From sequence record MT129654.1: DNA of 64,000 bases, one strand, 5' to 3'. Positions within the stretch are counted from its first letter, which is position 1, and the number at the start of each line of letters is the position of its first letter. The stretch is from Escherichia phage MN04. Shown piece by piece: positions 50,495-59,681 of this stretch. A model generated the notes under the pieces. The model was not told the origin of the DNA, did no database searches, and saw only the letters and a list, made by a program, of their open reading frames with translations. Position numbers and translations under genes: made by a program.

Positions 50495-51036
50495 AAGCAA
50501 GCACATACCTTCAGATTGCCTATCTGATTTCTCAGGAATCAAAATGTTGTTCATGGAAAGTGGGCGCGGTTATTGAAAAGAATGGCCGCATTATTTCTAC
50601 AGGGTATAATGGTTCTCCGTCTGGCGGTGTTAACTGTTGTGACCATGCAGTGGAACAGGACTGGACTCGTGTTGTGTATGACCCAGCACGAATGACCCAT
50701 AAATCGATTCTTCTTAAAGAACATCGTATGGCTCATGCCGCATGGTCATCCAAAAATGAAATCCATGCCGAACTGAATGCTATCCTGTTCGCAGCTCGTA
50801 CAGGAAGTTCTATTGACGGCGCTACGATGTATGTGACACTGTCCCCGTGTGCAGATTGTGCTAAGTCTATTGCGCAGTCCGGAATTAAAACTCTGGTTTA
50901 TGCTGAACTCTATGACCGAAATCCTGAAGGATGGGATGATATCCTCCGTGAATCAGGCATCGAAGTTATCCAGTATAACCGTACTGGTCTCCGTTCTCTG
51001 AACTGGGAATCAATTCAAAACTATTGTGGTGAATAA
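50491..51036 (+). CDS. cd: dCMP deaminase
   Basis: 181 aa; cytidine/dCMP deaminase zinc motifs HAELNA and PCADC. Confidence 0.9.
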   Translation: MKASTYLQIAYLISQESKCCSWKVGAVIEKNGRIISTGYNGSPSGGVNCCDHAVEQDWTRVVYDPARMTHKSILLKEHRMAHAAWSSKNEIHAELNAILFAARTGSSIDGATMYVTLSPCADCAKSIAQSGIKTLVYAELYDRNPEGWDDILRESGIEVIQYNRTGLRSLNWESIQNYCGE

Positions 51037-51269
51037 TGAAATTTCGATTAGTGAAGTTTTCAGGTCTGAATTCAAAAGGTGAAAGCTTAGTAGCCTATTC
51101 GGTAGAATACAAAAAGTACTTTTTCTCTCGATGGAAATCGTACTATAAATCTGAGTGGGTCTATGCCAACATGAAATACAAAACGGTGCCTATTCTTGAT
51201 AATTGCCATAGCCTACTAAGAGCTCTAAAAGAGCGTAATGCAACCACTATTAAAACTATTCTGGAATAA
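51036..51269 (+). CDS. Hypothetical protein
   Basis: 77-aa ORF. Confidence 0.4.
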   Translation: MKFRLVKFSGLNSKGESLVAYSVEYKKYFFSRWKSYYKSEWVYANMKYKTVPILDNCHSLLRALKERNATTIKTILE

Positions 51270-51271
51270 TT

Positions 51272-51571
51272 ATGATTTTAACTGAACAAGAAACTATTCG
51301 ACTCCGTGAAAAAGCCAAGACTATTCTGTCTGTAGGTACTCACGAAGTTCTGTTTGAAAAGGCGGATGGTAGCGTTCGTCGTATGACTTGTACTCGCGAC
51401 CTGGACCTTCTCCCGTATAAAGAAATTCAAGCACCGGGCCCAGAAGCTAATAAAGAACCGGTTAATTATATTCGTGTATTTGATACCAAGGTTAATGACT
51501 GGCGTTCATTCCGTTTCGATAAACTGATTTCTATTAATGGGCTTCAGACTGAAACTCTGCTTGTCCTGTAA
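51272..51571 (+). CDS. Hypothetical protein
   Basis: 99-aa ORF upstream of gene 31. Confidence 0.4.
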   Translation: MILTEQETIRLREKAKTILSVGTHEVLFEKADGSVRRMTCTRDLDLLPYKEIQAPGPEANKEPVNYIRVFDTKVNDWRSFRFDKLISINGLQTETLLVL

Positions 51572-51629
51572 TATGCTTTAAGAATAGCGTGTTATTATTA
51601 ATCTATCAACAAAACAACATGGATTAAAT

Positions 51630-51953
51630 ATGGAACTTCCTATTAAAGCGGTCGGAGAATATGTTATTCTCGTTTCCGAACCAAAACAAGCTGGTGATGA
51701 AGAAACTACTGCATCTGGTATCGTTATTGGCAAACTTCATCAAGGTGAAATCCCTGAACTTTGTGAAATTTATTCTGTAGGACCTGATGTCCCTGAAGGT
51801 TTTTGTGAAGTAGGTGATTTGACTCCACTTCCTGTTGGTAAGATTGCTAACGTGCCACATCCTTTAGTTGCATTGGGTATTAAACAGCCTAAAGAAATTA
51901 AACAGAAATTCGTTACCTGTCACTATAAAGCTATTCCGTGTCTTTATAAGTGA
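51630..51953 (+). CDS. 31: gp31 co-chaperonin (GroES analogue)
   Basis: 107 aa; [12 protein letters not shown] ... [10 protein letters not shown] ... [15 protein letters not shown] matches T4 gp31 as remembered. Confidence 0.88.
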   Translation: MELPIKAVGEYVILVSEPKQAGDEETTASGIVIGKLHQGEIPELCEIYSVGPDVPEGFCEVGDLTPLPVGKIANVPHPLVALGIKQPKEIKQKFVTCHYKAIPCLYK

Positions 51954-51961
51954 TATAAATA
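51954..51961 (+). promoter_or_regulatory. T4 late promoter TATAAATA upstream of rIII
   Basis: tataaata at 51954-51961, immediately after gene 31 stop. Confidence 0.6.
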
Positions 51962-52099
51962 ATAATATGGATTGGCTGCCGGACTAGTTAGTTAACCGGA
52001 GAATCCTAAGCGGTGGACTACAACTGAGAGACTTGCCGAAAGGAAGTGAAATTCAGAAGAACATGTCCACCAATCTTTATCTCGAATCGAGAATTTAAA

Positions 52100-52348
52100 A
52101 TGAACAAACATCTGAATCACGCTCTTGAACTGCAACGCAACGCTTGGAACAACGGTCACGAAAACTACGGCGCATCTATTGATGTTGAAGCCGAAGCACT
52201 GGAAATCCTGCGTTATTTCAAACATCTTAATCCGGCTCAGGCTACTCTGGCTGCTGAATTGGAAGCAAAAGATGAACTGAAATATGCTAAGCCTTTGGCT
52301 TCAGCAGCTCGTAAAGCAGTACGTCATTTTATTATTACCCTGAAGTAA
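52100..52348 (+). CDS. rIII: rIII lysis-inhibition accessory protein
   Basis: 82 aa from ATG 52100; MNKHLNHALELQRNAWNNGHENYGASIDVEAEALEILRYFKHLNPAQ matches T4 RIII as remembered. Confidence 0.9.
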   Translation: MNKHLNHALELQRNAWNNGHENYGASIDVEAEALEILRYFKHLNPAQATLAAELEAKDELKYAKPLASAARKAVRHFIITLK

Positions 52349-52702
52349 AATCGAGGAGCCGTCGAACTGTCTGATTAATGATTTGCGAATCATTATAGTT
52401 TTAAGACCCCCGGCAGTTTTACGGTGTACCTCTTGAATGGTATTTTATAGCGGCAAGTGCATGCTACCCCGAGGTGATGGCCAATCGGGAGTACGCCTCA
52501 AGGCCTATATATCCATCAGTATATATCTTATCCTCGAGAAATCGAACCCGGAACCTTTAAGCTAACGGTGTGCAACAGATAAGAGCTATGATGACGAGGT
52601 TTACGGTTATCCTGTCGTTAAATATCTAAAACCTATGTTCCCCTTGAGGGCTTGCGCAGGCAATGCCAATAAGTCCTGCATCCTAATTTAAGAGATTTAA
52701 AA
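52349..52702. other. ORF-free, comparatively GC-rich intergenic island of unknown function
   Basis: about 350 bp with no ORF of 60 codons or more on either strand; several inverted repeats (taatgatt/aatcatta, cctcaagg/ccttgagg, gcagg/cctgc). Confidence 0.5.
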
Positions 52703-52864
52703 ATGGCTAAGAAAGAAGTTAAAGTAGTTGACGGAACCTCTAAACGCGCTGGTTACAAGCGTGCGTCTAACAAGCGTATCAATCAGGTAGTTGATAAGCT
52801 TCAAGCTCGTGCTCGTGCAGTATTGCGTGCAGATGCTGCTTGCTTCGGTAAAGTTATTGCATAA
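52703..52864 (+). CDS. Hypothetical small basic protein
   Basis: 53-aa ORF below track cutoff (MAKKEVKVVDGTSKRAGYKR...), followed by strong terminator. Confidence 0.4.
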   Translation: MAKKEVKVVDGTSKRAGYKRASNKRINQVVDKLQARARAVLRADAACFGKVIA

Positions 52865-52869
52865 GTTAT

Positions 52870-52897
52870 GGGACTCTTCGGAGTCCCATTTTTGTTT
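52870..52897 (+). terminator. Rho-independent terminator
   Basis: gggactcttcggagtccc hairpin followed by atttttgtttc. Confidence 0.75.
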
Positions 52898-52915
52898 CTA
52901 AATCTTTAAAAAAGG

Positions 52916-52944
52916 GTATACATCTCCAGTAGGCATGATACTAT
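52916..52944 (+). promoter_or_regulatory. Early promoter variant (GTATAC -35) with inverted repeat spanning the leader
   Basis: GTATAC 52916-52921, TACTAT 52939-52944; arms tctccagt / actggaga. Confidence 0.5.
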
Positions 52945-52985
52945 AGACATGTACCAAATAATACGAAAACAAACTGGAGAATAAA

Positions 52986-53318
52986 ATGAAAACTGTAAAC
53001 CTGAATGCATCTGTTAAAGCTAAATGTTTCAACGGTGAATATCAAGAAACCATGTGGGTCCTGACTGCAGTTGAAGGTGATATCATCGAAGTTGAAACAA
53101 CTGAAGGTATGGGTACTGATTTCACATTTACCATCGAGCTTCACAACTTCTTTACAGGTTGGATTTATGAACTGAAAACTGTAATTACTGGTCGTATTGA
53201 AGAAAACAAAATTGGTGAATTCTATTACGTTAATGCCCGTACACGTGCTGAACGTCTGATTGCTCAGATGAAAAAAGTTGGTAAACTTGATATGAAAAAT
53301 TGGAATGTTGTGAAATAA
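52986..53318 (+). CDS. Hypothetical protein
   Basis: 110-aa ORF. Confidence 0.45.
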   Translation: MKTVNLNASVKAKCFNGEYQETMWVLTAVEGDIIEVETTEGMGTDFTFTIELHNFFTGWIYELKTVITGRIEENKIGEFYYVNARTRAERLIAQMKKVGKLDMKNWNVVK

Positions 53319-53321
53319 ATG

Positions 53322-53350
53322 TTTTACTTTGGTACAGGTTGTGTTATTAT
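53322..53350 (+). promoter_or_regulatory. T4-type early promoter with palindrome across the -10
   Basis: TTTTAC 53322-53327, TATTAT 53345-53350 inside ggtacaggt ... acctgtacc. Confidence 0.5.
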
Positions 53351-53391
53351 AGACCTGTACCAAATAATACGAAAACAAACTGGAGAATAAA

Positions 53392-53757
53392 ATGAACTAC
53401 ATCAACTTCGAACGTAAATATGTTTCTAACGGTATCGCTGGTTCTTCTGAAGTTATTTGTCTGTGGAAACACAACAACGGCACAGTGTGCGAAATCGAAC
53501 AGTGCATGACTCCTAACTACGTTTATATGCGCTTTGAAAATGGTATCACGGTTTCAATCACTATGGAAGGTTCTACTTTTAAAATCGCTTTGGATGATGA
53601 TTTCCGTCAACGTGATTTAGGTACCCATCCTTGCTGGAACGGTGATAATCGTAAGCTTCTGGTTAAAACCTGGATTCGTCACATCCTGAGCAACCGTGCT
53701 AAACCTGAACACCTGGAAGCAATCTTTGATGTAGTTCTGAATGAATTTGATATCTAA
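53392..53757 (+). CDS. Hypothetical protein
   Basis: 121-aa ORF with leader identical to that of the 52986 ORF. Confidence 0.45.
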   Translation: MNYINFERKYVSNGIAGSSEVICLWKHNNGTVCEIEQCMTPNYVYMRFENGITVSITMEGSTFKIALDDDFRQRDLGTHPCWNGDNRKLLVKTWIRHILSNRAKPEHLEAIFDVVLNEFDI

Positions 53758-53798
53758 TCTTAAAAATGGAGGCTTCTGCCTCCTTTGAGGAAAATATT

Positions 53799-54086
53799 AT
53801 GTTTATGACCACTTATTTCGATACTCGTAAAAATTTCTGTGAAGTTGTCTTCTCTAAGGCAGGTAAAGATGTTCCTGCTGACAAACAGCCTACTCGTGAA
53901 TCCATTAAGGCCTATGCTGATGTGGTTTGTCCAGTAGAATTCCGTACAGTCAATGGTCGTGACACCCTAGCAATCACTAAGCTCAACCGCGATATTAACA
54001 TCGACCCAAGTGTCGCCCGCGAAGTCAATACTTCTGACATCTACGGCGGTAATGTTAAATCACATGGATTCCAGATGAGGTTCTAA
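53799..54086 (+). CDS. Hypothetical protein
   Basis: 95-aa ORF from ATG 53799 preceded by ttgaggaaaatattatg. Confidence 0.4.
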   Translation: MFMTTYFDTRKNFCEVVFSKAGKDVPADKQPTRESIKAYADVVCPVEFRTVNGRDTLAITKLNRDINIDPSVAREVNTSDIYGGNVKSHGFQMRF

Positions 54087-54280
54087 TGCAACTATTCTTA
54101 TCACAAACCGTTCAGTTAAAAGGTGTAGGTATTCCTGGTATGATTTCAAAGGTTTTACCTGCTTTTAAATTGGGTAATGCTACTATTAAAGAAGCCTACA
54201 CGGTCCTATGGGTCGATGGCACTGAAGACGTTCGCATGGGTTCTGAATTGTCTGTAATCAAATGTTTGAAGCGAGGATAA
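54086..54280 (+). CDS. Hypothetical small protein
   Basis: 64-aa ORF. Confidence 0.35.
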   Translation: MQLFLSQTVQLKGVGIPGMISKVLPAFKLGNATIKEAYTVLWVDGTEDVRMGSELSVIKCLKRG

Positions 54281-54281
54281 T

Positions 54282-54497
54282 ATGGTCAAGAAACTGATTC
54301 AGAAATTGTTAGGTACGGAAATGGTTGAAGTGACTTATCGTGTGACTGATGTTTCTCCTCATACGGCGGACCATTTAGAACCTTATATCATGACAATTAA
54401 AATGCCTAAACATGACGGTGGTTTATCCATTGAAGACCGACTGCCGGGTTATGGTTATTGGGCTGATGTTGAAATTATAAGTGTCAAAGATGTCTGA
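54282..54497 (+). CDS. Hypothetical small protein
   Basis: 71-aa ORF. Confidence 0.35.
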   Translation: MVKKLIQKLLGTEMVEVTYRVTDVSPHTADHLEPYIMTIKMPKHDGGLSIEDRLPGYGYWADVEIISVKDV

Positions 54498-54948
54498 GTT
54501 AGAAATTAGAAGTAACTTTCCGTGGCCATCATGTGCATTAAGTAACTTTGCTAAATGGCCTTTCGTTATGGATGGTATCCAATTTGGTGGACTTGAAGGA
54601 TTCCTCCAAGGATGTAAGGTGAAAAATGTTGAACAACAAAGACGTATATTTAGGATGTCCGGGTTGGACGCGCAAAAAGCTGGACGAGCTTATGCTAGGG
54701 CTCAGGACCGTGGCACGTTGTTCTGGCTTGGAACCCCGTTTTCAAGATATTCCGAAGCGTGGAAAGAGCTTTACGAAAGTGCGTATTTTGAAGCAGCGCT
54801 CCAGAACAAAGGATTCCGAGAAGCTTTACAAGCCACTAAAGGTAAGGTTTTAAAGCATTCAATGGCAAGCCACCTCAAAGAATGTGATACAATACTAACT
54901 GAAAAAGAGTTTATCGACATCCTAAACAAATTGAGAGATTTATTATGA
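54481..54948 (+). CDS. NADAR / YbiA-like domain protein (candidate ADP-ribose-processing enzyme)
   Basis: 155 aa; SNFAKWPFVMDGIQF resembles the YbiA/NADAR signature SNFAAWP..VDG; identified by motif recall only. Confidence 0.45.
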   Translation: MSKMSELEIRSNFPWPSCALSNFAKWPFVMDGIQFGGLEGFLQGCKVKNVEQQRRIFRMSGLDAQKAGRAYARAQDRGTLFWLGTPFSRYSEAWKELYESAYFEAALQNKGFREALQATKGKVLKHSMASHLKECDTILTEKEFIDILNKLRDLL

Positions 54949-55583
54949 AACCAGTTATCTTAACAGATATCGATGGAGTATGTTTAAGTTGGCAGTCCGG
55001 CTTGCCTTATTTCGCACAGAAATATAATTTGCCTTTAGAACATATTTTGAATATGATTCAGGACGAACGTTTCTTATCTCCAGGTGAACTGTTTAATTGT
55101 GACGACGAATTAGGCGCACGTTTAATTGAGAAATATAATCAGTCGGATTTTATTCGTTATCTGTCCCCTTACATGGACGCATTAAAACACATCAACAAGC
55201 TCAAAAAAGACTTCGATTTTGTAGCCGTGACTGCGCTAGGCGACTCAATTGATGCCCTGCTGAATAGACAATTCAATTTGAATGCTTTGTTCCCTGGCGC
55301 ATTCAAGGAGATTCTGATGTGTGGTCATTCAGAATCAAAAGAAGACCTGTTCATAAGAGCTAAAAATACGTACGGCAAACGCATTAAGTTTTATGTTGAC
55401 GATTTGGCTCACCACTGTGATGCTGCATCTAATATTCTCATGGATATCCAAGTTTATTGGTTAGCCCGTGGTGAACGCGACTTTAAACCTAATTTAGCCG
55501 TAAAGGTTAATTCATGGGACGATATCGCAGCAATCGAATCCCTTCGTAATAATGCAGCCGTTGAATGGATTGCACGAGGTTAA
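54945..55583 (+). CDS. HAD-superfamily hydrolase (nucleotidase-like)
   Basis: 212 aa; N-terminal HAD motif I ILTDIDGV and C-terminal YVDD acidic motif. Confidence 0.5.
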   Translation: MKPVILTDIDGVCLSWQSGLPYFAQKYNLPLEHILNMIQDERFLSPGELFNCDDELGARLIEKYNQSDFIRYLSPYMDALKHINKLKKDFDFVAVTALGDSIDALLNRQFNLNALFPGAFKEILMCGHSESKEDLFIRAKNTYGKRIKFYVDDLAHHCDAASNILMDIQVYWLARGERDFKPNLAVKVNSWDDIAAIESLRNNAAVEWIARG

Positions 55584-55584
55584 T

Positions 55585-55848
55585 ATGTTTGTTGTTCATA
55601 CTATTACTGATGGAATCCCTAAATCCCATGATTATGGAAACTTTAGACAATTCCTTCGATTGAATCCTGTATATTTCCAAGCCAAAGATGAAGATATCTT
55701 TATCCAATGTGTTCGGCGTGGATTTATGTATGTTACTGAATATGATATTAAAGATAAGCGTATTATATCGTATCACAAAACTTTAAATGAGCTTTTAGAT
55801 GAAGTAGCTTATAATAGAAGTACACAAACTGTAAGGACGGTAAAATGA
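55585..55848 (+). CDS. Hypothetical protein
   Basis: 87-aa ORF from ATG 55585. Confidence 0.4.
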   Translation: MFVVHTITDGIPKSHDYGNFRQFLRLNPVYFQAKDEDIFIQCVRRGFMYVTEYDIKDKRIISYHKTLNELLDEVAYNRSTQTVRTVK

Positions 55849-57368
55849 TTTTAGATATTTTAAACGAAATTGCTTCTATTGATTCTACTAAAGCTAAAGA
55901 AGCTATTATTGCTCGTGAAAAGGATAACGAGCTTCTGAAACGTGTATATCGTATGGCTTATACCCGTCGTTTGAACTATGGTATTAAAAAGTGGCCAGAA
56001 CCTGGATTTACGTCTCAATCCTTTGGTATGATTACACTTGAAGACCTTCTTGATTTCGCTGAGTTCACATTAGCCACCCGTAAGATTACGGGTAATGCTG
56101 CTATTGAAGAGCTTGCTCAAATTATTGCTGATGCTAAGGGTCCTGACGCTGAGGTATTACGTCGCGTAATGATGCGTGACCTTGAATGTGGTGCATCGAT
56201 TTCTATTGCTAACAAGGTTTGGAAAGGTTTAATCCCTGAACAACCTCAAATGTTGGCTAGTTCTTATGATGAAGATTTGATTAAGAAAAATATTAAATGG
56301 CCTGCGTTCGCCCAATTAAAAGCTGACGGCGCCCGTTGTTTTGCTGAAGTTCGTAACGATGGCGTAACATTCCTTACTCGTGGTGGTAATGAATACCAAG
56401 GGCTTAATCTTTTGGCGGCTGAATTAATGGCCATGACCGAAGAAGCTCGACAGCGCCATCCTAATGGTGTTATGATTGATGGCGAATTAGTTTACCACAC
56501 TCCTAAAGTAGAACCTAAAGCATCTAATGATTTGTTTAGTATGTTTGATGAGGAACTTCCTGAATTAAGTAAAGCCAAGGAATTCCAAACCGTAGCCGAT
56601 CGTTCTACTTCAAACGGGTTGGCTAACAAGGCTCTTCAAGGAACTATTACTCCAACCGAAGCAGCAGGTATGGTGTTACAGGCGTGGGATTATGTCCCAT
56701 TGGATGTCGTATATTCCGAAGGTAAAATTAAAGGCGATAAGTATGATGTACGCTTTGCAGCCTTAGAACTTATGGTTGCTCATAATGTCGTATTGCATGG
56801 TACAACGCGTGTTGAAGCTATCGAAAACCAATGGGTTAATAATCTTGACGAAGCTAAAGTCGTTTATAAGAAATATGTCGACCAAGGCCTGGAAGGTATT
56901 ATCCTTAAGAACATGGACTCCTACTGGGAAAACCGCCGTTCTAAGAATCTTATCAAGTTCAAAGAAGTAATCGATATCGCTTTAGAAGTGGTAGGTTATT
57001 ATGAACACTCGAAGGACCCAAACAAACTTGGTGGTGTCGAGCTAGTATCACGGTGTCGTCGAATTACATCTGACTGTGGTTCAGGCTTTAAAGATACTAC
57101 CCATAAGAAAGATAAATCAGGTAAAAAGGTATTGATTCCATTAGAAGACCGTCCTGATTTAGACCGTGAACTTCTTATGAAACAAGCCCGTGAAGGTAAA
57201 TTGATTGGACGTATTGCTGACTGTGAATGTAATGGTTGGGTTCATTCTAAAGGACGTACTGATACTGTAGGTATTTTCCTTCCAATTATTAAAGGTTGGC
57301 GTTTCGATAAAACAGAAGCTGATACATTTGAAGATGTATTTGGTGATTGGTCTCAAACTGGACTATAA
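55845..57368 (+). CDS. 30: ATP-dependent DNA ligase
   Basis: 507 aa; adenylation motif KADGAR; N-terminus MILDILNEIASIDSTKAK and motif-VI region matching T4 ligase as remembered. Confidence 0.93.
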   Translation: MILDILNEIASIDSTKAKEAIIAREKDNELLKRVYRMAYTRRLNYGIKKWPEPGFTSQSFGMITLEDLLDFAEFTLATRKITGNAAIEELAQIIADAKGPDAEVLRRVMMRDLECGASISIANKVWKGLIPEQPQMLASSYDEDLIKKNIKWPAFAQLKADGARCFAEVRNDGVTFLTRGGNEYQGLNLLAAELMAMTEEARQRHPNGVMIDGELVYHTPKVEPKASNDLFSMFDEELPELSKAKEFQTVADRSTSNGLANKALQGTITPTEAAGMVLQAWDYVPLDVVYSEGKIKGDKYDVRFAALELMVAHNVVLHGTTRVEAIENQWVNNLDEAKVVYKKYVDQGLEGIILKNMDSYWENRRSKNLIKFKEVIDIALEVVGYYEHSKDPNKLGGVELVSRCRRITSDCGSGFKDTTHKKDKSGKKVLIPLEDRPDLDRELLMKQAREGKLIGRIADCECNGWVHSKGRTDTVGIFLPIIKGWRFDKTEADTFEDVFGDWSQTGL

Positions 57369-57369
57369 T

Positions 57370-57540
57370 ATGAAAGCTTATTTAGAAACAATTGTTGTAA
57401 CAAACGCAAATAACACTGCGGCCTCTCAAATCATCCTAGAGTTTGAGGATGAAATAGCTTTTGCCGATTTTAAAGACGTGTTTGACGGCTATGAAAAAGG
57501 CCCGACATTCGAAGTATATCGTACGTTGCTACCACTTTAA
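57370..57540 (+). CDS. Hypothetical small protein
   Basis: 56-aa ORF from ATG 57370. Confidence 0.3.
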   Translation: MKAYLETIVVTNANNTAASQIILEFEDEIAFADFKDVFDGYEKGPTFEVYRTLLPL

Positions 57541-57558
57541 GGCCTTCGGGCCTTTTAT
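57539..57558 (+). terminator. Rho-independent terminator
   Basis: aaggccttcgggcctt hairpin followed by ttat. Confidence 0.6.
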
Positions 57559-57590
57559 GGCATAAATACGGTTATTAAAGAGGAATTATT

Positions 57591-59678
57591 ATGACCGAAC
57601 AATTAAATGAAGTGTTTGAGTCCGAAGGCACCCTGCCTACTGTAAACTTAAACCCAAAACTTAAAGTACCCCAGATTTGGAAGATTGGCGACGCCGAATC
57701 CCAATTAGTTGCTCGTATGGTATCTTATGCCTCTGAAGGCGATGCTATTAAACAGGTTAAATTAGGTGATAAATATGCCCACGTTATTTTGATGAGTTTA
57801 TCAGCTAAAGGTACTCCAGCCGAACTTAAAGGTGGATTAGGCCCTACTCCTATTGATGCTATTAATACCATTTTCGACGTAGTATTCGAACAAGTTAAAA
57901 AGCTTCGTATGGATGCTGTGATGTTCCGTTTTCCAACCAAGAAAATGAAAGGACAAGGACCTATTGTCCAACGGATTATCCAACGTTTGGTAGCACAGAA
58001 AACCGGTGGACGTTTTAAAGTAGTTCCAGCCATGTACCAATTTACCGGTAAACATACTTATATCCTAGTAGTTCGTAAACAAGCTGATATCGAAGATATC
58101 AAAGGTATGCCTGGAATTAATGCCGAATTATATACTAAGGTAGATTCTGATGTTGGTGAAGTTTATATTTCTAAAAAAGAAGGCGCTCAGGTTACTAAAG
58201 AAACCGCTATTGCCGGCAGTATTGCTAAAGTTGAAGAACGTCGCACTGATAAAATGGTTATAACCAAGACTAAGATTTCTCGTCGTGCGATTGCGGCAAG
58301 CCAGTCATTAGAAGCAGACCGTAATGAAGGTGAATTATTTCAGAAATATGAACAAACTGCCAATGAGTTCAGTGCGCCTGCTACGGCGGAATTAATTCCA
58401 CAAGCAGCCGAAGTTGAATTATCATTATCATCCGAAACAGCTAAGGATAAGCTGGCTACGGCTATTGATTTTAAAATTTATAATACTATGGATGATTCAT
58501 TTAAATTTGCGGATGAAGTTTCTTACGGTGATAAAATTAACTCTTCTTTAGAAAAATTTGTCAAAAAAATTAAAAATGAAAAAACCACGTCAGTTAAAGC
58601 TTTAGCCGCCTTTGTTGAAGCTGCTAATGAAATCGCAGAATCTATTAAAAGTGATTGGTTTGAAGATTATAGAAAAGACAATTTCCATTTGGAAAAAGAG
58701 ATATTGAATGAAAACAGTGAAAGAGTATGGAAACAACGTAAGTCTTCATTCTTGTCTAAGATAATGTATACATACGCTATAGAATCAACTAGAGAAATTC
58801 TTAATATAACAACATCTCGAGACCCTAAACAATATACACTTGCAGAAAAACGAGCTATCAGAGAATACGCCTCTTCAGCTTATATTGATATTAACAATGT
58901 CCTTCTTGGCCGTTATAAACCGGGCTTTTATGAAGTTTTGGACGAAAGCGAAGTTAAACGTGCTATTGATGGAATGGATTCTGCCTTTAAAAATGGTGAC
59001 CGTTTACCTGAAGGAATAATGGTTTATAGAGCACAATCTTTGCGCGCGCCTATCTACGAAGCATTAGTTAAAAATAAGGTATTCTATTTTAGAAACTATG
59101 TTTCAACCTCATTGGCTCCAATCATTTTTGGTGGCTTTAAAGAGAATGCGGCTATTGGTCTTGCTTCCGATGATGTTCGAAAAGAATTAAACATTGATAA
59201 TAATGACGAAGGCGTTACCATCTCTGCTAGTCAAGTGCGTACACATATGTATGCGCCGGATCAAATCCGTGTTGATGTTGGCTGGGCTATTAGTGGCGCT
59301 CATAAGGTTAACGTGATTTATCCTGGCCAATTAAGCATGCATGCCAACGAAAAGGAAATAATTTTACCACGCGGGCTACTTGTAAAAATAGATAAAATCG
59401 TGGATGCATCAGCCAATACTGGTTCTGGGGCGGTTTCTAACAATAAATTTATTCAAGCTGAAGTTATGACATCAGATGAGCTTCAAGAATCTGTAGTGTA
59501 TGATGGTGACGTACTAATGGAAACCGGTGAGTTGGTCGTATACCAAGATGACTTCGATACTTCCGAAAGCCCTGTATCTTTTGATTCATTTGTTAAATCT
59601 ACACGGTTTGACGTACTGCCTCTTTTGGCTTCATGCATAGACCTCTATGGCATACCAGAAAAATTCATCCAAGGGTAA
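57591..59678 (+). CDS. alt: Alt-type ADP-ribosyltransferase (virion-injected), copy 1
   Basis: 695 aa (T4 Alt 682 aa); C-terminal ART pattern MVYRAQ ... YVSTSL ... EKEIILPRG; position downstream of ligase as in T4. Confidence 0.8.
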   Translation: MTEQLNEVFESEGTLPTVNLNPKLKVPQIWKIGDAESQLVARMVSYASEGDAIKQVKLGDKYAHVILMSLSAKGTPAELKGGLGPTPIDAINTIFDVVFEQVKKLRMDAVMFRFPTKKMKGQGPIVQRIIQRLVAQKTGGRFKVVPAMYQFTGKHTYILVVRKQADIEDIKGMPGINAELYTKVDSDVGEVYISKKEGAQVTKETAIAGSIAKVEERRTDKMVITKTKISRRAIAASQSLEADRNEGELFQKYEQTANEFSAPATAELIPQAAEVELSLSSETAKDKLATAIDFKIYNTMDDSFKFADEVSYGDKINSSLEKFVKKIKNEKTTSVKALAAFVEAANEIAESIKSDWFEDYRKDNFHLEKEILNENSERVWKQRKSSFLSKIMYTYAIESTREILNITTSRDPKQYTLAEKRAIREYASSAYIDINNVLLGRYKPGFYEVLDESEVKRAIDGMDSAFKNGDRLPEGIMVYRAQSLRAPIYEALVKNKVFYFRNYVSTSLAPIIFGGFKENAAIGLASDDVRKELNIDNNDEGVTISASQVRTHMYAPDQIRVDVGWAISGAHKVNVIYPGQLSMHANEKEIILPRGLLVKIDKIVDASANTGSGAVSNNKFIQAEVMTSDELQESVVYDGDVLMETGELVVYQDDFDTSESPVSFDSFVKSTRFDVLPLLASCIDLYGIPEKFIQG

Positions 59679-59681
59679 ATA

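Noticed and set aside
52530-52570. tRNA-like T-loop match (ggttcgatt on the minus strand) inside the non-coding island
   Set aside because: No complementary T-stem, acceptor stem or anticodon arm could be assembled around it; not a tRNA by manual folding.
57555-57570. Possible late promoter (cataaata) upstream of alt copy 1
   Set aside because: Differs from canonical TATAAATA at the first position; left uncalled without transcript data.
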